Under the pieces are notes generated by a model that was not told where the DNA came from, did not search any database, and was given only the letters and a program-made list of their open reading frames with translations. The translations under genes and the position numbers were made by a program. From the NCBI GenBank assembly GCA_963662315.1, contig OY759353.1, positions 3,904,001-3,968,000 of the forward strand: a DNA stretch of 64,000 bases, in the 5' to 3' direction. Below are positions 19,254-29,325 of this stretch, piece by piece. Source of the stretch: Geopsychrobacteraceae bacterium (GTDB taxonomy: Bacteria; Desulfobacterota; Desulfuromonadia; Desulfuromonadales; Geopsychrobacteraceae). The first letter of the stretch is position 1, and each line of letters starts with the position of its first letter.

Positions 19254-19432
19254 AGACCCCAATAATAAATCACGTCTTTACTCCCTGAAAGCAGATTTTT
19301 TCAATTTTGACGTTAGTCATTGAAAATATTCTAAAAGAGGCTTGGGGTACAGATCATTTTTACACAACTATTACAATTCAAATTTGACTCAGCTGGTAGA
19401 ATTCACCATCAAAATAATCAACAGGAGTAAAC

Positions 19433-20512
19433 ATGGTGGAAGGTTTGACAATCGGTAGATACAGTGTTCCTTTTCCGGTAATTCAGGGTGGTATGGGGGT
19501 CCGTATTTCTGGTCATCGCCTGGCAGGCAATGTTGCCCTGAATGGTGGCATCGGGATTGTTGCTGCTGCTGGCCTGGCGTTGGATGATGAAACGTATAAC
19601 GGTAAAAACTTTTTTGCCGCAGACCATCATGGTTTGCTGGTGGAATTGCGTAAAGCTTTCGAAATTGCACCGGATGGTATTATCGGTGTCAACTGTATGG
19701 TTGCCGTCAGCAATTATGATGAGGTGGTAAAAACTGCCTGTGAAGGTGGTGCCAAATTGATCATCAGTGGTGCAGGGTTACCTATGAACCTGCCGGGATT
19801 GACGGCTGATTATCCAGAAGTGGCCCTGGTTCCCATTGTCTCTTCCGTTAAAGCTGCCGAGCTGATTGCCCGGAAATGGCATAAGGTCTACCAGCGGCTG
19901 CCCGATGCTGTTGTGGTTGAAGATCCGGATACCGCTGGCGGACATCTTGGCGAAAAGGCTGAGAATATTGGCAATGGCAGTTATGATCAATATGCCACGG
20001 TACGTGGTGTGAAAAAATACTTTAAAACCGAGTGGAAAAGAGATATTCCTGTCATTGCAGCCGGTGGCGTATGGGATCGTCAGGATCTGCAATATGCTTT
20101 GGCCAATGGCGCCGACGGTGTCCAGATGGGAACGCGCTTTGTTGTGACTGAAGAATGTGATGCTGATGATGCCTTTAAACAGGCCTATCTGGATTGCACC
20201 AAGGACGATATCGGCCTGATGATGAGTCCGGCGGGTTTGCCTGGCCGGGCAATCTTGAAAAATATCGACCAAGTACGTCAGCGCGATGTTGATCTGAATG
20301 TGTTCTGCCCCTCCAATTGCCTGAAGAAATGTGCTTACAAAGCTTCGCGGGAGCGTTTCTGCATTGTTCATTCTCTGAATCGTGCTCAGCGGGGAGATAC
20401 GGAAACAGGTCTTATTTTCTGTGGCAGCAATGCTTGGAAGGCTGACCGGATTTCTACTGTTAAGGAAGTGTTTGAAGAACTGTTTCCTGAAGCGGAACGT
20501 GCCGCCTGCTGA
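19433..20512 (+). CDS. Nitronate monooxygenase-family FMN protein (FabX/FabK-like) with C-terminal Cys cluster
   Basis: PVIQGGMGV, SGAGLP, AGGHLG, AAGG, GVQMGTRF, CPSNCLKKC...FCI. Confidence 0.85.
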   Translation: MVEGLTIGRYSVPFPVIQGGMGVRISGHRLAGNVALNGGIGIVAAAGLALDDETYNGKNFFAADHHGLLVELRKAFEIAPDGIIGVNCMVAVSNYDEVVKTACEGGAKLIISGAGLPMNLPGLTADYPEVALVPIVSSVKAAELIARKWHKVYQRLPDAVVVEDPDTAGGHLGEKAENIGNGSYDQYATVRGVKKYFKTEWKRDIPVIAAGGVWDRQDLQYALANGADGVQMGTRFVVTEECDADDAFKQAYLDCTKDDIGLMMSPAGLPGRAILKNIDQVRQRDVDLNVFCPSNCLKKCAYKASRERFCIVHSLNRAQRGDTETGLIFCGSNAWKADRISTVKEVFEELFPEAERAAC

Positions 20513-20538
20513 AGTCGTTCAGCGAGATAAATCCAATT

Positions 20539-20570
20539 AAAAAAGTCCGGGCATGTGTCCGGACTTTTTT
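20539..20570 (+). terminator. Rho-independent terminator (bidirectional form)
   Basis: aaaaaagtccgggc..gtccggactttttt. Confidence 0.85.
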
Positions 20571-20696
20571 ATTGCAGGGCTGTTGTTTTCCTTATTCTTT
20601 GCTTTTGGCGCTGATTTGTTATTGTCAAATATAGTGAAATCTATATTATCCTTCGGTAGGCTTACTCATAGTTCACCATTTCCCTGGAGTCGATGA

Positions 20697-21422
20697 ATGA
20701 GACGTTTTCTGATCCGAACCCTGATCTGTTTTGCTCTGCTGTTACCACTGCAATCTTATGTCTGGTTTGATATGGCCTGTGCCGGTGAAAAAGAAGAGCG
20801 GATTCAGGCGTTACAGGAAAAGATGACGCAACTAAAAGGTATGCTGGCAGAACTGGAGGAACAGAAACTGCGGGAGCAACCTCCCGAGGAGATCCCCTGG
20901 CAACCGCTGATCAGCCGTGGAGAGGAGCGTCGTGCCTATACGCAGTATGCTTATCTTCTGGCACCGCAAATGCGTCAGGAATCCCTTAGCGCGGCATTGG
21001 AGCAGCTATATTATACGGCGGCCCGCGATGGTATGAGCCACCGTGGTACCCTGTTTGTGATTCCCGCGCTTAACCAGACCGAAGCTAAACAGTTAGAGGG
21101 CGTTGATTATAACCGCGGTCTCGCTGCGGATCTGTTAGGGGCCGTTGGCATTCCGTCTGCTGTTTCAGGTGGCCTGTTGGTTACCTCTGATCCTATCGGT
21201 AAGCAAGCCCGGCAGGACCGGCCAATGCTGTACCTTGATCTGGACGGTTGTTCCCCTATGTTGCGGGCCCGCATCTTTGAGCTGTTATTAGTCTCAACAT
21301 TGGATGAGTCTGGTGCGAGCCTATATTCCTTTATTGGTAATCTGGTCGCTGCCGCCAAGCCTCAGGTTTTTCAGCTTTACCAGCAGCAGCAGATCCTGTG
21401 GCTCTCAGTTGTTCCGGAATAG
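20697..21422 (+). CDS. Hypothetical exported protein with N-terminal coiled coil
   Basis: GGAG RBS, signal-like N-terminus, EERIQALQEKMTQLKGMLAELEEQK; no family recognised. Confidence 0.65.
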   Translation: MRRFLIRTLICFALLLPLQSYVWFDMACAGEKEERIQALQEKMTQLKGMLAELEEQKLREQPPEEIPWQPLISRGEERRAYTQYAYLLAPQMRQESLSAALEQLYYTAARDGMSHRGTLFVIPALNQTEAKQLEGVDYNRGLAADLLGAVGIPSAVSGGLLVTSDPIGKQARQDRPMLYLDLDGCSPMLRARIFELLLVSTLDESGASLYSFIGNLVAAAKPQVFQLYQQQQILWLSVVPE

Positions 21423-21640
21423 TTTTTATCCGGAACCGGCCCTTTTCTTTCTGAATCCTTGTCCGTTGTTATTTTGAGTCTTCTGATGGCAACGGACGGG
21501 TCGCGTTTTTGAGCGATTGTTCAGGAGTTCTTGAGTGGCGGGGGAGAGTGTAGTAACCTGACTAAAAGCACCGATTCAGTCACTTATTGCCCCGTAGCGG
21601 ATCCACTGATCCGTTGAAGATAGGTTGTGCAGGAGAAATC

Positions 21641-22762
21641 ATGAGTTCTCAACAGCAAGAGTTTATCCCCAAATGGATCGCCTGGGAAAGTACCCAGCGC
21701 TGTAATCTCAATTGTGTCCATTGCCGCTGTTCGTCAGATATGTCTGCGGCCGCAGGTGATTTTAATACAGCTGAAGCATTTAAACTGATCGACGATATCT
21801 GTGAAATCAGCAAACCGGTTATGGTTTTATCGGGCGGAGAACCCCTGCTGCGCAAGGATATTTTCGAAATCGCCGAATATGGTACGCAACAAGGGTTGCG
21901 CATGTGTATGGCGACCAACGGCACCCTGATTGATGACGCGGTCTGCGCCAAGATGAAGCAGGCCCAGATCAAGATGGTCTCCTTGTCCCTTGATGGATCC
22001 ACCGCTGCTATTCATGATGATTTTCGTTCCAGTGAAGGCGCTTACGCCGGAGTTATTCGCGGCGCTGAAACCCTTAAGCGCAACGGTATCCCGTTTCTGA
22101 TCAATTCATCTTTCACCAAACGTAACCAGCACGACATTGGTGCGACTTTCAAACTGGCCAAAAGTCTCGGGGCAACGGCTTGGTACATGTTCATGATTGT
22201 ACCGACCGGGCGGGGTGAAGAAATTATGAATGAATTAATTTCTCCTGAGGATTACGAAGAAATCCTGGCTTGGCATTATGAACAGGAGAAAAATGAGGAC
22301 GACATCCTCATGCGGCCAACCTGTGCGCCGCATTATTATCGCATCGTTCCGCAGATGGCCAAGGCCGAAGGGGTTGACTTCAAGCGCCGCAGCCTGACCT
22401 TCTCGACTGGCGGCGGTAAAGGGTGCATTGCCGCCCAGACCATCTGCCTGATCGATTGCTTCGGTAATTTAAAACCCTGCTCCTACTTCCATTCTTCCGT
22501 CGGTAACGTTAAACAGATCCCATTTAAAGAACTTTGGTTTAATTCCAAGGTCTTTAATGATCTGCGTGATTTCAGTAAATACCAGGGCAAATGTGGTGAG
22601 TGCGAGTTTATCAATGTCTGCGGTGGCTGTCGTGCCCGAGCTGACGCGGTTTATGGTGATTATATGGCTGAAGAACCGTTCTGCAGCTATATCCCTCGCC
22701 GCACCCGGCAGCGGATGGCGCAGGAAGCGGCTGATAATGCACCACCGGCAAGTGACCCATAA
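21641..22762 (+). CDS. ahbD: Radical SAM/SPASM heme b synthase (AdoMet-dependent coproheme decarboxylase)
   Basis: [55 protein letters not shown]; directly upstream of hemE; start at ATG 21641 after AGGAG. Confidence 0.8.
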   Translation: MSSQQQEFIPKWIAWESTQRCNLNCVHCRCSSDMSAAAGDFNTAEAFKLIDDICEISKPVMVLSGGEPLLRKDIFEIAEYGTQQGLRMCMATNGTLIDDAVCAKMKQAQIKMVSLSLDGSTAAIHDDFRSSEGAYAGVIRGAETLKRNGIPFLINSSFTKRNQHDIGATFKLAKSLGATAWYMFMIVPTGRGEEIMNELISPEDYEEILAWHYEQEKNEDDILMRPTCAPHYYRIVPQMAKAEGVDFKRRSLTFSTGGGKGCIAAQTICLIDCFGNLKPCSYFHSSVGNVKQIPFKELWFNSKVFNDLRDFSKYQGKCGECEFINVCGGCRARADAVYGDYMAEEPFCSYIPRRTRQRMAQEAADNAPPASDP

Positions 22763-22878
22763 GTGCTCCGTGTGTTGTGCCATTTCATATTTAAATTTTC
22801 AGATTTCGAACCTTATCTTTTAGTGTAAAAAAGATATCCAGAAACTTTACCTTTTAAGTGAGGAGGTCAGACTCTCAT

Positions 22879-23916
22879 ATGTCCAGTGACTATAACTTTC
22901 TTAAAGCCTGCTGGTGCCAACCGGTTGACCGCGTTCCCGTTTGGCTGATGCGTCAGGCCGGTCGTTATCTGCCTCAGTATAAAGAAGTCCGTGCTCAAGG
23001 GGGCGGGACCTTTCTTGATCTGTGCAAAGACCCGGCACGGGCTGCGGAAGTAACCATTCAACCGATTGACATTCTGAATGCCGATGCCGCGATTCTGTTC
23101 TCCGATATCCTGACCCCCATTGAACCGATGGGGCTCACGCTTGATTTCGTGCCAGGTCCGGTATTTGAAAATCCGGTGCGTACCGCTGCAGATGTCGATG
23201 CGCTGGTTGTCCCAGAAGATATGGCCACAGCGGTAGCTTATGTCCCGGAAATTATTAAACGCCTGCGAGTTGCTTTTGAAGGACGGGTTCCTTTAATCGG
23301 TTTTGGCGGAGCCCCTTTTACCCTGGCCTGCTATATGGTTGAAGGGAAGGGGAGCAAGGATTTTGCCAGCCTTAAGCAGATGATGTACAGTGATCCCGGT
23401 CTTTTTGATGCCCTGATGCAGAAGATCACCGAAATGGATCGCCGCTATCTGAATATGCAGATTGCTGCCGGAGCTCAGGCTATCCAGATCTTTGACACCT
23501 GGGGTGGGTTGCTGGCTCCGCATGATTTTGAACGCTATATTCTGCCGTATGTGCAGCAGCTGATCAATGGCCTTGATCGTGATGGAATTCCGGTGATTTA
23601 TTTCGTTAAAAACGGCGGGACGATGCTCGAACTGGTTAAGCAGGCCGGCAGTGACGTCATTGGCCTCGACTGGCACGTCAAACTGGGCAAAGCGCGTGAT
23701 ATTCTTGGTGATGATATTGCGGTCCAGGGGAATCTTGACCCAACGGTGCTTTATGCGCCCAAAGAATATATCGAGCGTGAGGTACAACGGATCCTTACCG
23801 AAAATAATGATCGCCCTGGTTTTATCTTTAACCTTGGCCACGGCATTCTGCCGACCGTACCGCCGGAAAATGCCATTTTTATGGTTGAGTGCGTGCACCG
23901 ACTCAGTCAAAAATAA
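22879..23916 (+). CDS. hemE: Uroporphyrinogen decarboxylase
   Basis: PVWLMRQAGRYLP, LFSDIL, GAPFTLACY, QIFDTW, QGNLDP, IFNLGHGI. Confidence 0.97.
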   Translation: MSSDYNFLKACWCQPVDRVPVWLMRQAGRYLPQYKEVRAQGGGTFLDLCKDPARAAEVTIQPIDILNADAAILFSDILTPIEPMGLTLDFVPGPVFENPVRTAADVDALVVPEDMATAVAYVPEIIKRLRVAFEGRVPLIGFGGAPFTLACYMVEGKGSKDFASLKQMMYSDPGLFDALMQKITEMDRRYLNMQIAAGAQAIQIFDTWGGLLAPHDFERYILPYVQQLINGLDRDGIPVIYFVKNGGTMLELVKQAGSDVIGLDWHVKLGKARDILGDDIAVQGNLDPTVLYAPKEYIEREVQRILTENNDRPGFIFNLGHGILPTVPPENAIFMVECVHRLSQK

Positions 23917-23932
23917 TCTAGGAAAATTCCGG

Positions 23933-23961
23933 ACGGGGCCTTATCGGGGCCCCGTTTTTTT
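23933..23961 (+). terminator. Terminator-like hairpin between hemE and hemH
   Basis: acggggcc-ttatcgg-ggccccgt followed by a T run. Confidence 0.65.
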
Positions 23962-23985
23962 CAAGTATGGGTGAGATTTTTCTTT

Positions 23986-24957
23986 ATGCCAGATAGCAAA
24001 CGCGTTGCTTTGATTTTATTGAATATGGGTGGCCCCGACTCGCTGGAAACCGTTGAACCATTTTTATACAACCTGTTTTCAGACCGGGAACTGATTCAGC
24101 TTCCGGCCGGAGGACTGCTGCAGAAACCGTTTGCAAAGCTGATATCTCACTTTCGGGCTAAAAAAGTTGTCGACAACTATCGCATGATCGGAGGAAAGTC
24201 CCCGTTACTTGAATGGACACAGAAACAGGCCGATGGCATCGCTCAGCGCCTGGGGGACCATTTTCGGCCGTTTGTCATTATGCGGTACTGGCAGCCGCGG
24301 GCCGAGCAGGTGCTGCAACAGATTAAACAGGAAGGGATTCAGACTGCGGTTGTACTGTCCATGTATCCGCATTATACCCGGGCCACAACAGGCAGTAGTG
24401 TCAACGATTTCAGGACGGCTGTGGCTAGGATTTATCCGGAGCTTGAATATCAGCTTATTGAGGAATGGTATGACTGGCCCGGTTATATAGAGGCCCTGGC
24501 GAACCGGGTGAACGAAGGGCTTGATACGTTTCACGACCTGCTGCGCGATGATGTCCAGATTCTGTTTTCGGCCCACGCCTTACCACAGAAATTTATCGAT
24601 CGCGGCGATCCCTACCAGCAGCAGGTTGAAGCGACTGTTGAAGCGACTATGCGGAGGGTTGGCTACTATGACTGGAGCATCGCTTACCAGAGTCGTAGCG
24701 GGCCGGTCAAATGGATGACTCCTGGTACCGATGAAATGATCGACAAATTTGCCACCGTTGGTCACCGCGCCTTGCTACTGGTACCAGTCTCCTTTGTTTC
24801 GGATCATATCGAAACTCTGGAAGAGATCGATATTGAATATCGTGAGCGCGCGACCAGTCAGGGTATCACCCATTTCCACCGGTCTCCGTCTCTTAATGAC
24901 CATGATGATTTTCTCACCGCCATGGCCGATCTGGTCAAGGTGCGCCTGTCCTTGTGA
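23986..24957 (+). CDS. hemH: Ferrochelatase (possibly coproporphyrin-type)
   Basis: LLNMGGP, GGKSPL, MRYW.P, MYPHY, FSAHALP, GDPY, YQSR.GP..W, FVSDHIETL.EID. Confidence 0.95.
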   Translation: MPDSKRVALILLNMGGPDSLETVEPFLYNLFSDRELIQLPAGGLLQKPFAKLISHFRAKKVVDNYRMIGGKSPLLEWTQKQADGIAQRLGDHFRPFVIMRYWQPRAEQVLQQIKQEGIQTAVVLSMYPHYTRATTGSSVNDFRTAVARIYPELEYQLIEEWYDWPGYIEALANRVNEGLDTFHDLLRDDVQILFSAHALPQKFIDRGDPYQQQVEATVEATMRRVGYYDWSIAYQSRSGPVKWMTPGTDEMIDKFATVGHRALLLVPVSFVSDHIETLEEIDIEYRERATSQGITHFHRSPSLNDHDDFLTAMADLVKVRLSL

Positions 24958-24958
24958 A

Positions 24959-25141
24959 ATGAACAGCTGCCGTTTGTGCCATAAACTATTTGACCCGCTG
25001 CAGCAACCCAGCGAACCGGATCAGCTGGCGGGTCAGTATTTAGCCGAACACGATTACGGTGACGCCGGTCAGCTTTGTCTTGACTGTCTGGCTAGCCGTG
25101 GCCGCCTGGCCATGATGTATCGTAGTGACTGCTTTGACTGA
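24959..25141 (+). CDS. Small Cys-rich protein (60 aa), CxxC...CxxC
   Basis: ATG 1 nt after the hemH stop; MNSCRLCHKLFDP...DYGDAGQLCLDCLASRGRLAMMYRSDCFD. Confidence 0.65.
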   Translation: MNSCRLCHKLFDPLQQPSEPDQLAGQYLAEHDYGDAGQLCLDCLASRGRLAMMYRSDCFD

Positions 25142-25438
25142 ATGCGCATGGTCCTGCCAGGGGTATTTTATTCCGTTTCCGCTAATTCCGATTCTCTTTC
25201 CAACCTAAAGTTAGATCCTTACCAATTCAGGATGTCCAGTCCTGCCTGTCGGTCTGCACTTTAACCTCTGGTGCTTTTGTCCCCGGTACAAGTATTCACG
25301 GATGGCCAAATACATAAGCAACCGAATCGATAGTAAAAGTTAGAATCGCTTCCCCGGTATTTTGGGGTTTTGTGAGGTCATGTCACATACTTTGAGCGGA
25401 TTTTCATTGTTGACCTGAAAGTGGAAAGCTTATACAAC

Positions 25439-25454
25439 TGGTCTGAAGACCTGA
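25439..25454 (+). promoter_or_regulatory. FadR/GntR-type operator copy 1, just after a TTGACC-N17-TACAAC promoter
   Basis: TGGTCTGAAGACCTGA; the same core recurs at 28025, 28081 and 31226. Confidence 0.75.
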
Positions 25455-25527
25455 AGATATGATCTTGGTTAGATTACGAGAAATCGGAATTAGAAGTATT
25501 GCCATTGAAGAAAAAATAGGAATAGTA

Positions 25528-27222
25528 ATGTCACTGGATATTCTTAGAGGTAATGTCGTAAAAAGTTTATTTCCTTTTTTATTCTGGGGAGTTAAACAGT
25601 CAAAATCAAGTGTTAAGAGCGATATTATTGCCGGGCTAACAGGAGCTGTTATTGTCCTTCCCCAGGGAGTTGCGTATGCGATGATAGCAGGGCTTCCGCC
25701 TGAATACGGTATTTATACTGCCATAATACCAGCCATTATTGCTGCGTTATATGGTTCATCGCTGCACTCTATAACTGGGCCAACTGCTGCAACATCCATC
25801 ATTGTTTTAATGATAGTTGGATCAATAGTTCCTCCTGAAGATCCTGCTTTTATTCCTTGTGTTCTAACGTTGACTTTTTTGGCTGGGGTATTCCAACTTG
25901 CTTTAGGTATTTCCCGTCTAGGGGTTTTGATCAATTTTATTTCCCATTCCGTAGTTATTGGCTTTACCGCGGGAGCAGCAATATTGATAGCTACAAGTCA
26001 ATTTAAACATTTTTTTGGTTTGCCCTTGCCAAGTTCAGGAGAATTTATCGGGACTCTTGTCGGTCTGGCAACGGAATTCCCTCAGAGCAATTTTGCTAAT
26101 GTTGGAATCGCAACATTCACTATATTAATTACGTTAGTTTTAAAAAAATTACGTCCCCAATATCCTGGAATGCTAATCAGCATGATTGTTAGCGGTTTCG
26201 TTTGTTATTTATTTAATATAGGAGAAAAATTCGGCGTGCCTATGGTGGGTTCACTTCCGGGCCAACTGCCTCCATTATCCGCCCCCAATTTTGGTGGTCC
26301 TTATATGCCCCAACTCATGTCTGGCGCTATATCGGTTGGAATTCTGAGTTTGGTTCAGGCAATTTCTACAGCTCGTGCTGTTGCTGTCCGTTCCCAGCAG
26401 ACGTTGGATAATAATCAAGAATTCATCGGACAGGGTTTGGCGAATATCGTTGGAAGCTTTTTCTCTTGTTATGCGGGCTCAGGGTCTTTTACACGTTCAG
26501 GGGCAAATTATGATGCAGGTGCAAAAACCCCAGTTGCTGCAATATTTTCAGCAATTTTTCTAACTGTAATTTTACTTTTGATTCCTGGAGCAACGGCCTA
26601 TTTGCCTATCCCTTCAATGGCGGGGGTTATTTTAGTTATTGCTTGGAATTTGATTGATGTCCAAAGCGTTAAAGTGATTTTAAAAACGAGCAAAAGGGAA
26701 ACCTTGGTTCTTACTGGAACCTTTATCGGAACGCTATTTCTTCCTTTGGATCAAGCTGTTTATCTGGGAGCTTTATTGGCGTTGATTCTTTATTTAAAGC
26801 AAACATCACGTCCTAGTATTGTACCTTTTATACCAGAGTTGAGTAACGGAACCTTTAACATTAGGGAAGTAAAGGATTTGAAGGATTTTAAATTTTCGAA
26901 CCTTGCGGTTATCCGTTTAGATGGGTCCCTTTATTTTGGATCTGTGGATCATGTACATAATTTTATTCAAGAAATTTTAAAAAATGACATTAAAAATATT
27001 CTGGTTATCTGTAACAGTATAAATTTCATAGATATTGCTGGAGCAGAAATGCTGCTAAAAGAGTCAAGATTGCTTGCTCAAAAAGGGATTGGACTGTATT
27101 TTAGCGAATTAAAGTATCAAGCTCTCAAACCTCTAATCAAGGGTGGATATCTTGATAAAATTGGTTCTGATAAATTGTTCCCAACAACACAGTTGGCATT
27201 AGATAGCCTTGTAAAAAATTAA
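25528..27222 (+). CDS. SulP/SLC26 anion transporter with STAS domain
   Basis: DIIAGLTGAVIVLPQGVAYAMIAGLPPEYGIY, NQEFIGQGLAN, GSFTRS, DGSLYFG, INFIDIAG. Confidence 0.92.
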   Translation: MSLDILRGNVVKSLFPFLFWGVKQSKSSVKSDIIAGLTGAVIVLPQGVAYAMIAGLPPEYGIYTAIIPAIIAALYGSSLHSITGPTAATSIIVLMIVGSIVPPEDPAFIPCVLTLTFLAGVFQLALGISRLGVLINFISHSVVIGFTAGAAILIATSQFKHFFGLPLPSSGEFIGTLVGLATEFPQSNFANVGIATFTILITLVLKKLRPQYPGMLISMIVSGFVCYLFNIGEKFGVPMVGSLPGQLPPLSAPNFGGPYMPQLMSGAISVGILSLVQAISTARAVAVRSQQTLDNNQEFIGQGLANIVGSFFSCYAGSGSFTRSGANYDAGAKTPVAAIFSAIFLTVILLLIPGATAYLPIPSMAGVILVIAWNLIDVQSVKVILKTSKRETLVLTGTFIGTLFLPLDQAVYLGALLALILYLKQTSRPSIVPFIPELSNGTFNIREVKDLKDFKFSNLAVIRLDGSLYFGSVDHVHNFIQEILKNDIKNILVICNSINFIDIAGAEMLLKESRLLAQKGIGLYFSELKYQALKPLIKGGYLDKIGSDKLFPTTQLALDSLVKN

Positions 27223-27286
27223 AAGGTCACTAGCCACTAAATTGATTAAATAACACCAATTTGGCTATGTTTGAAAGGATTATATT

Positions 27287-28003
27287 TTGATCGCAGACTT
27301 TGATTACAAACCCATCCAAGTAGGCACAACCCCAGAAAAAGTTATTGAGCAACTTATTGAAAATTTGAAGAATGGCAAGCTTGAACCAGGGAAAAAGTTG
27401 CCTTCACAAAGAACTCTAGCTGAAATGTTCGGAGTCGGACGATCCTCCATTCGAGAGGCGCTTCAAGTTTTGTCAGTCATGGGTTGTCTTGAAATGATCC
27501 AGGGGAAGGGGACGTTTGTTAGCAAAAACGCCCTAAAGAAATTACAAGAAACGCCAAGGTTGGATGAAGCATTTCAGGCCGCAACAATTTACAATCTCGT
27601 TGAGGCTCGTACCACCCTTGAATGCAAAATAGCAGAATTGGCAGCAGAAAGAGCTGAAGAAAAGCATATAGTTCGCTTGAAAGAAGCCGTTGATAGACTG
27701 AAAAATAACGACTCTAATAGAGAGCTGTTTTTAAAGGCCGATGCAGATTTCCATTATGCGTTGATGGATGCAGCAAACAATGATGTTCTATCAGAATTAT
27801 TGACTTATTTGAGGCAAAAACTTTTATATGAACACGGTAGTTTTTTTGCCTCCTCTCCACAGGTCACTATCAAAAAAACAATTGAAACCGCAGAAATTAT
27901 TCTTAACAGTGTCATCAATAGTGACGCTGAAGGTGCAGTTGCTGGCATGGAAGAGCACTTAAAAGAAGTTCTTTTGAGCACTGCTCCGAATACTCAAAAT
28001 TAG
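27287..28003 (+). CDS. FadR-subfamily GntR regulator
   Basis: PGKKLPSQRTLAEMFGVGRSSIREAL, QGKGTFV, EAR..LE, D.DFH, N..L, HL. Confidence 0.92.
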   Translation: MIADFDYKPIQVGTTPEKVIEQLIENLKNGKLEPGKKLPSQRTLAEMFGVGRSSIREALQVLSVMGCLEMIQGKGTFVSKNALKKLQETPRLDEAFQAATIYNLVEARTTLECKIAELAAERAEEKHIVRLKEAVDRLKNNDSNRELFLKADADFHYALMDAANNDVLSELLTYLRQKLLYEHGSFFASSPQVTIKKTIETAEIILNSVINSDAEGAVAGMEEHLKEVLLSTAPNTQN

Positions 28004-28016
28004 ATTTTTCCCGCTA

Positions 28017-28096
28017 TGGTCTGATGGTCTGAAGACCTATTGACTTTTGTGTCAAAACCAGTTAAAAAGAAAAAACCAAGTGGTCTGAAGACCTGA
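28017..28096 (+). promoter_or_regulatory. Two operators (plus a tandem half-site) flanking a TTGACT-N17-TAAAAA promoter
   Basis: TGGTCTGA-TGGTCTGAAGACCTA (28017-28039) and TGGTCTGAAGACCTGA (28081-28096). Confidence 0.75.
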
Positions 28097-28297
28097 TAGG
28101 TTTCAGGATCATCTCTACATATACCTATGCTCAACGAAGAGTTCCTCAGTTAAATATTGCTTCAATTTGTTTCAAGTGTATGTCGAATCGCGACGATGTG
28201 CACTTCCCATCCAGAGCCAATGACGTCTAGGGTTTCGCAGTATTGTTTTTTTGATATTACTTTCAACCTAAAACTATGAACCTGAAAGGTGAATCAC

Positions 28298-29251
28298 ATG
28301 ACTAAAAAAGCAAAACATTTGCTACTTGTGGCCAGTGTGTTACTGATTGGAATGGTGAGCTACTCTTCTGCTGCGGACGATATGCAATTGACTTTTGCTA
28401 CTGGTCCAACAGGTGGATCTTTTTTCCCTCTTGGAGGCACTATTGCACAAATGTGGAATAAAAGTGTCGACGGTGTAAACGTTACGGCAATTTCTACTGC
28501 TGCAGGCTTTGAAAATCTTCGTCTGCTTGAAACCAATGATGCATCATTTGCCTTACTGCCAGAGAGTATTTCCTATTTTGGTGCAACTGGAACAGGTATC
28601 GCAGCCAAGTTGGGAGAGCAGTTTAAAGAGTTTGATGTCCTCGCCCGGATTTATCCCGAGGCCGTTCAGATTTTTGCTAAAAAAGATAGTGGCATCAACG
28701 AAATTACAGATTTTAAAGGAAAGAAAGTATCTTTGGGGGCCATTGGCGGATACCAGTATTTGCTGGGAGCCCAGGTTTTTGAACTGGCAGGGCTTGGCAA
28801 AAGTGATTATAAGCCATCCTTTACCGGCTATTCTGTTGCCGGCGAACAATTTCAGGATGGGATGATCGATGGTGGCTTCTTTTTAACCGGTATTCCTAAC
28901 TCAACATTAACCCAGCTTGCAGTAAGTACAAAAATCAAATTTATCCCTGTGAGCGATCAGGTTATCGGCGAACTTAAAAAGGAAATTCCTTTTGCATCAA
29001 AGATGATGATCCCAGCTTCAAGTTACTCTTCTCTGGACAAAGACACCCAAACTTTTTCTATCTGGACCCTGCTTCTGGTCAGAAAAGATACTCCTGAAGA
29101 TCTTGTTTATAAGTTAACCAAAAATCTGTTCGAAAAATCAGCCGAAATGGCACAAACAAATGGCATCGCTAAATGGATTGATGTCGCTAATCAAAAGGAT
29201 ATTTCTCTGCCTGTTCATCCAGGTGCACAGAAATACTATCAAGAACAATAA
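28298..29251 (+). CDS. TAXI-family TRAP transporter solute-binding protein
   Basis: Signal peptide; ATGPTGGSFFPLGG.IA, T..G.EN, YPE.VQI, DFKGKKVS.G, VY.LTK.LFE, PVHPGA.KYY. Confidence 0.93.
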   Translation: MTKKAKHLLLVASVLLIGMVSYSSAADDMQLTFATGPTGGSFFPLGGTIAQMWNKSVDGVNVTAISTAAGFENLRLLETNDASFALLPESISYFGATGTGIAAKLGEQFKEFDVLARIYPEAVQIFAKKDSGINEITDFKGKKVSLGAIGGYQYLLGAQVFELAGLGKSDYKPSFTGYSVAGEQFQDGMIDGGFFLTGIPNSTLTQLAVSTKIKFIPVSDQVIGELKKEIPFASKMMIPASSYSSLDKDTQTFSIWTLLLVRKDTPEDLVYKLTKNLFEKSAEMAQTNGIAKWIDVANQKDISLPVHPGAQKYYQEQ

Positions 29252-29258
29252 TTAGTGT

Positions 29259-29304
29259 TATCCAGATGGAGAGTTTTACGACAAGACAACTCTCCATCTG
29301 GATA
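29259..29304 (+). terminator. 17-bp stem-loop after the binding-protein gene
   Basis: tatccagatggagagtt ... aactctccatctggata; likely mRNA stabiliser or partial terminator. Confidence 0.65.
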
Positions 29305-29325
29305 TTGCAATAGGCCTCAATTATT

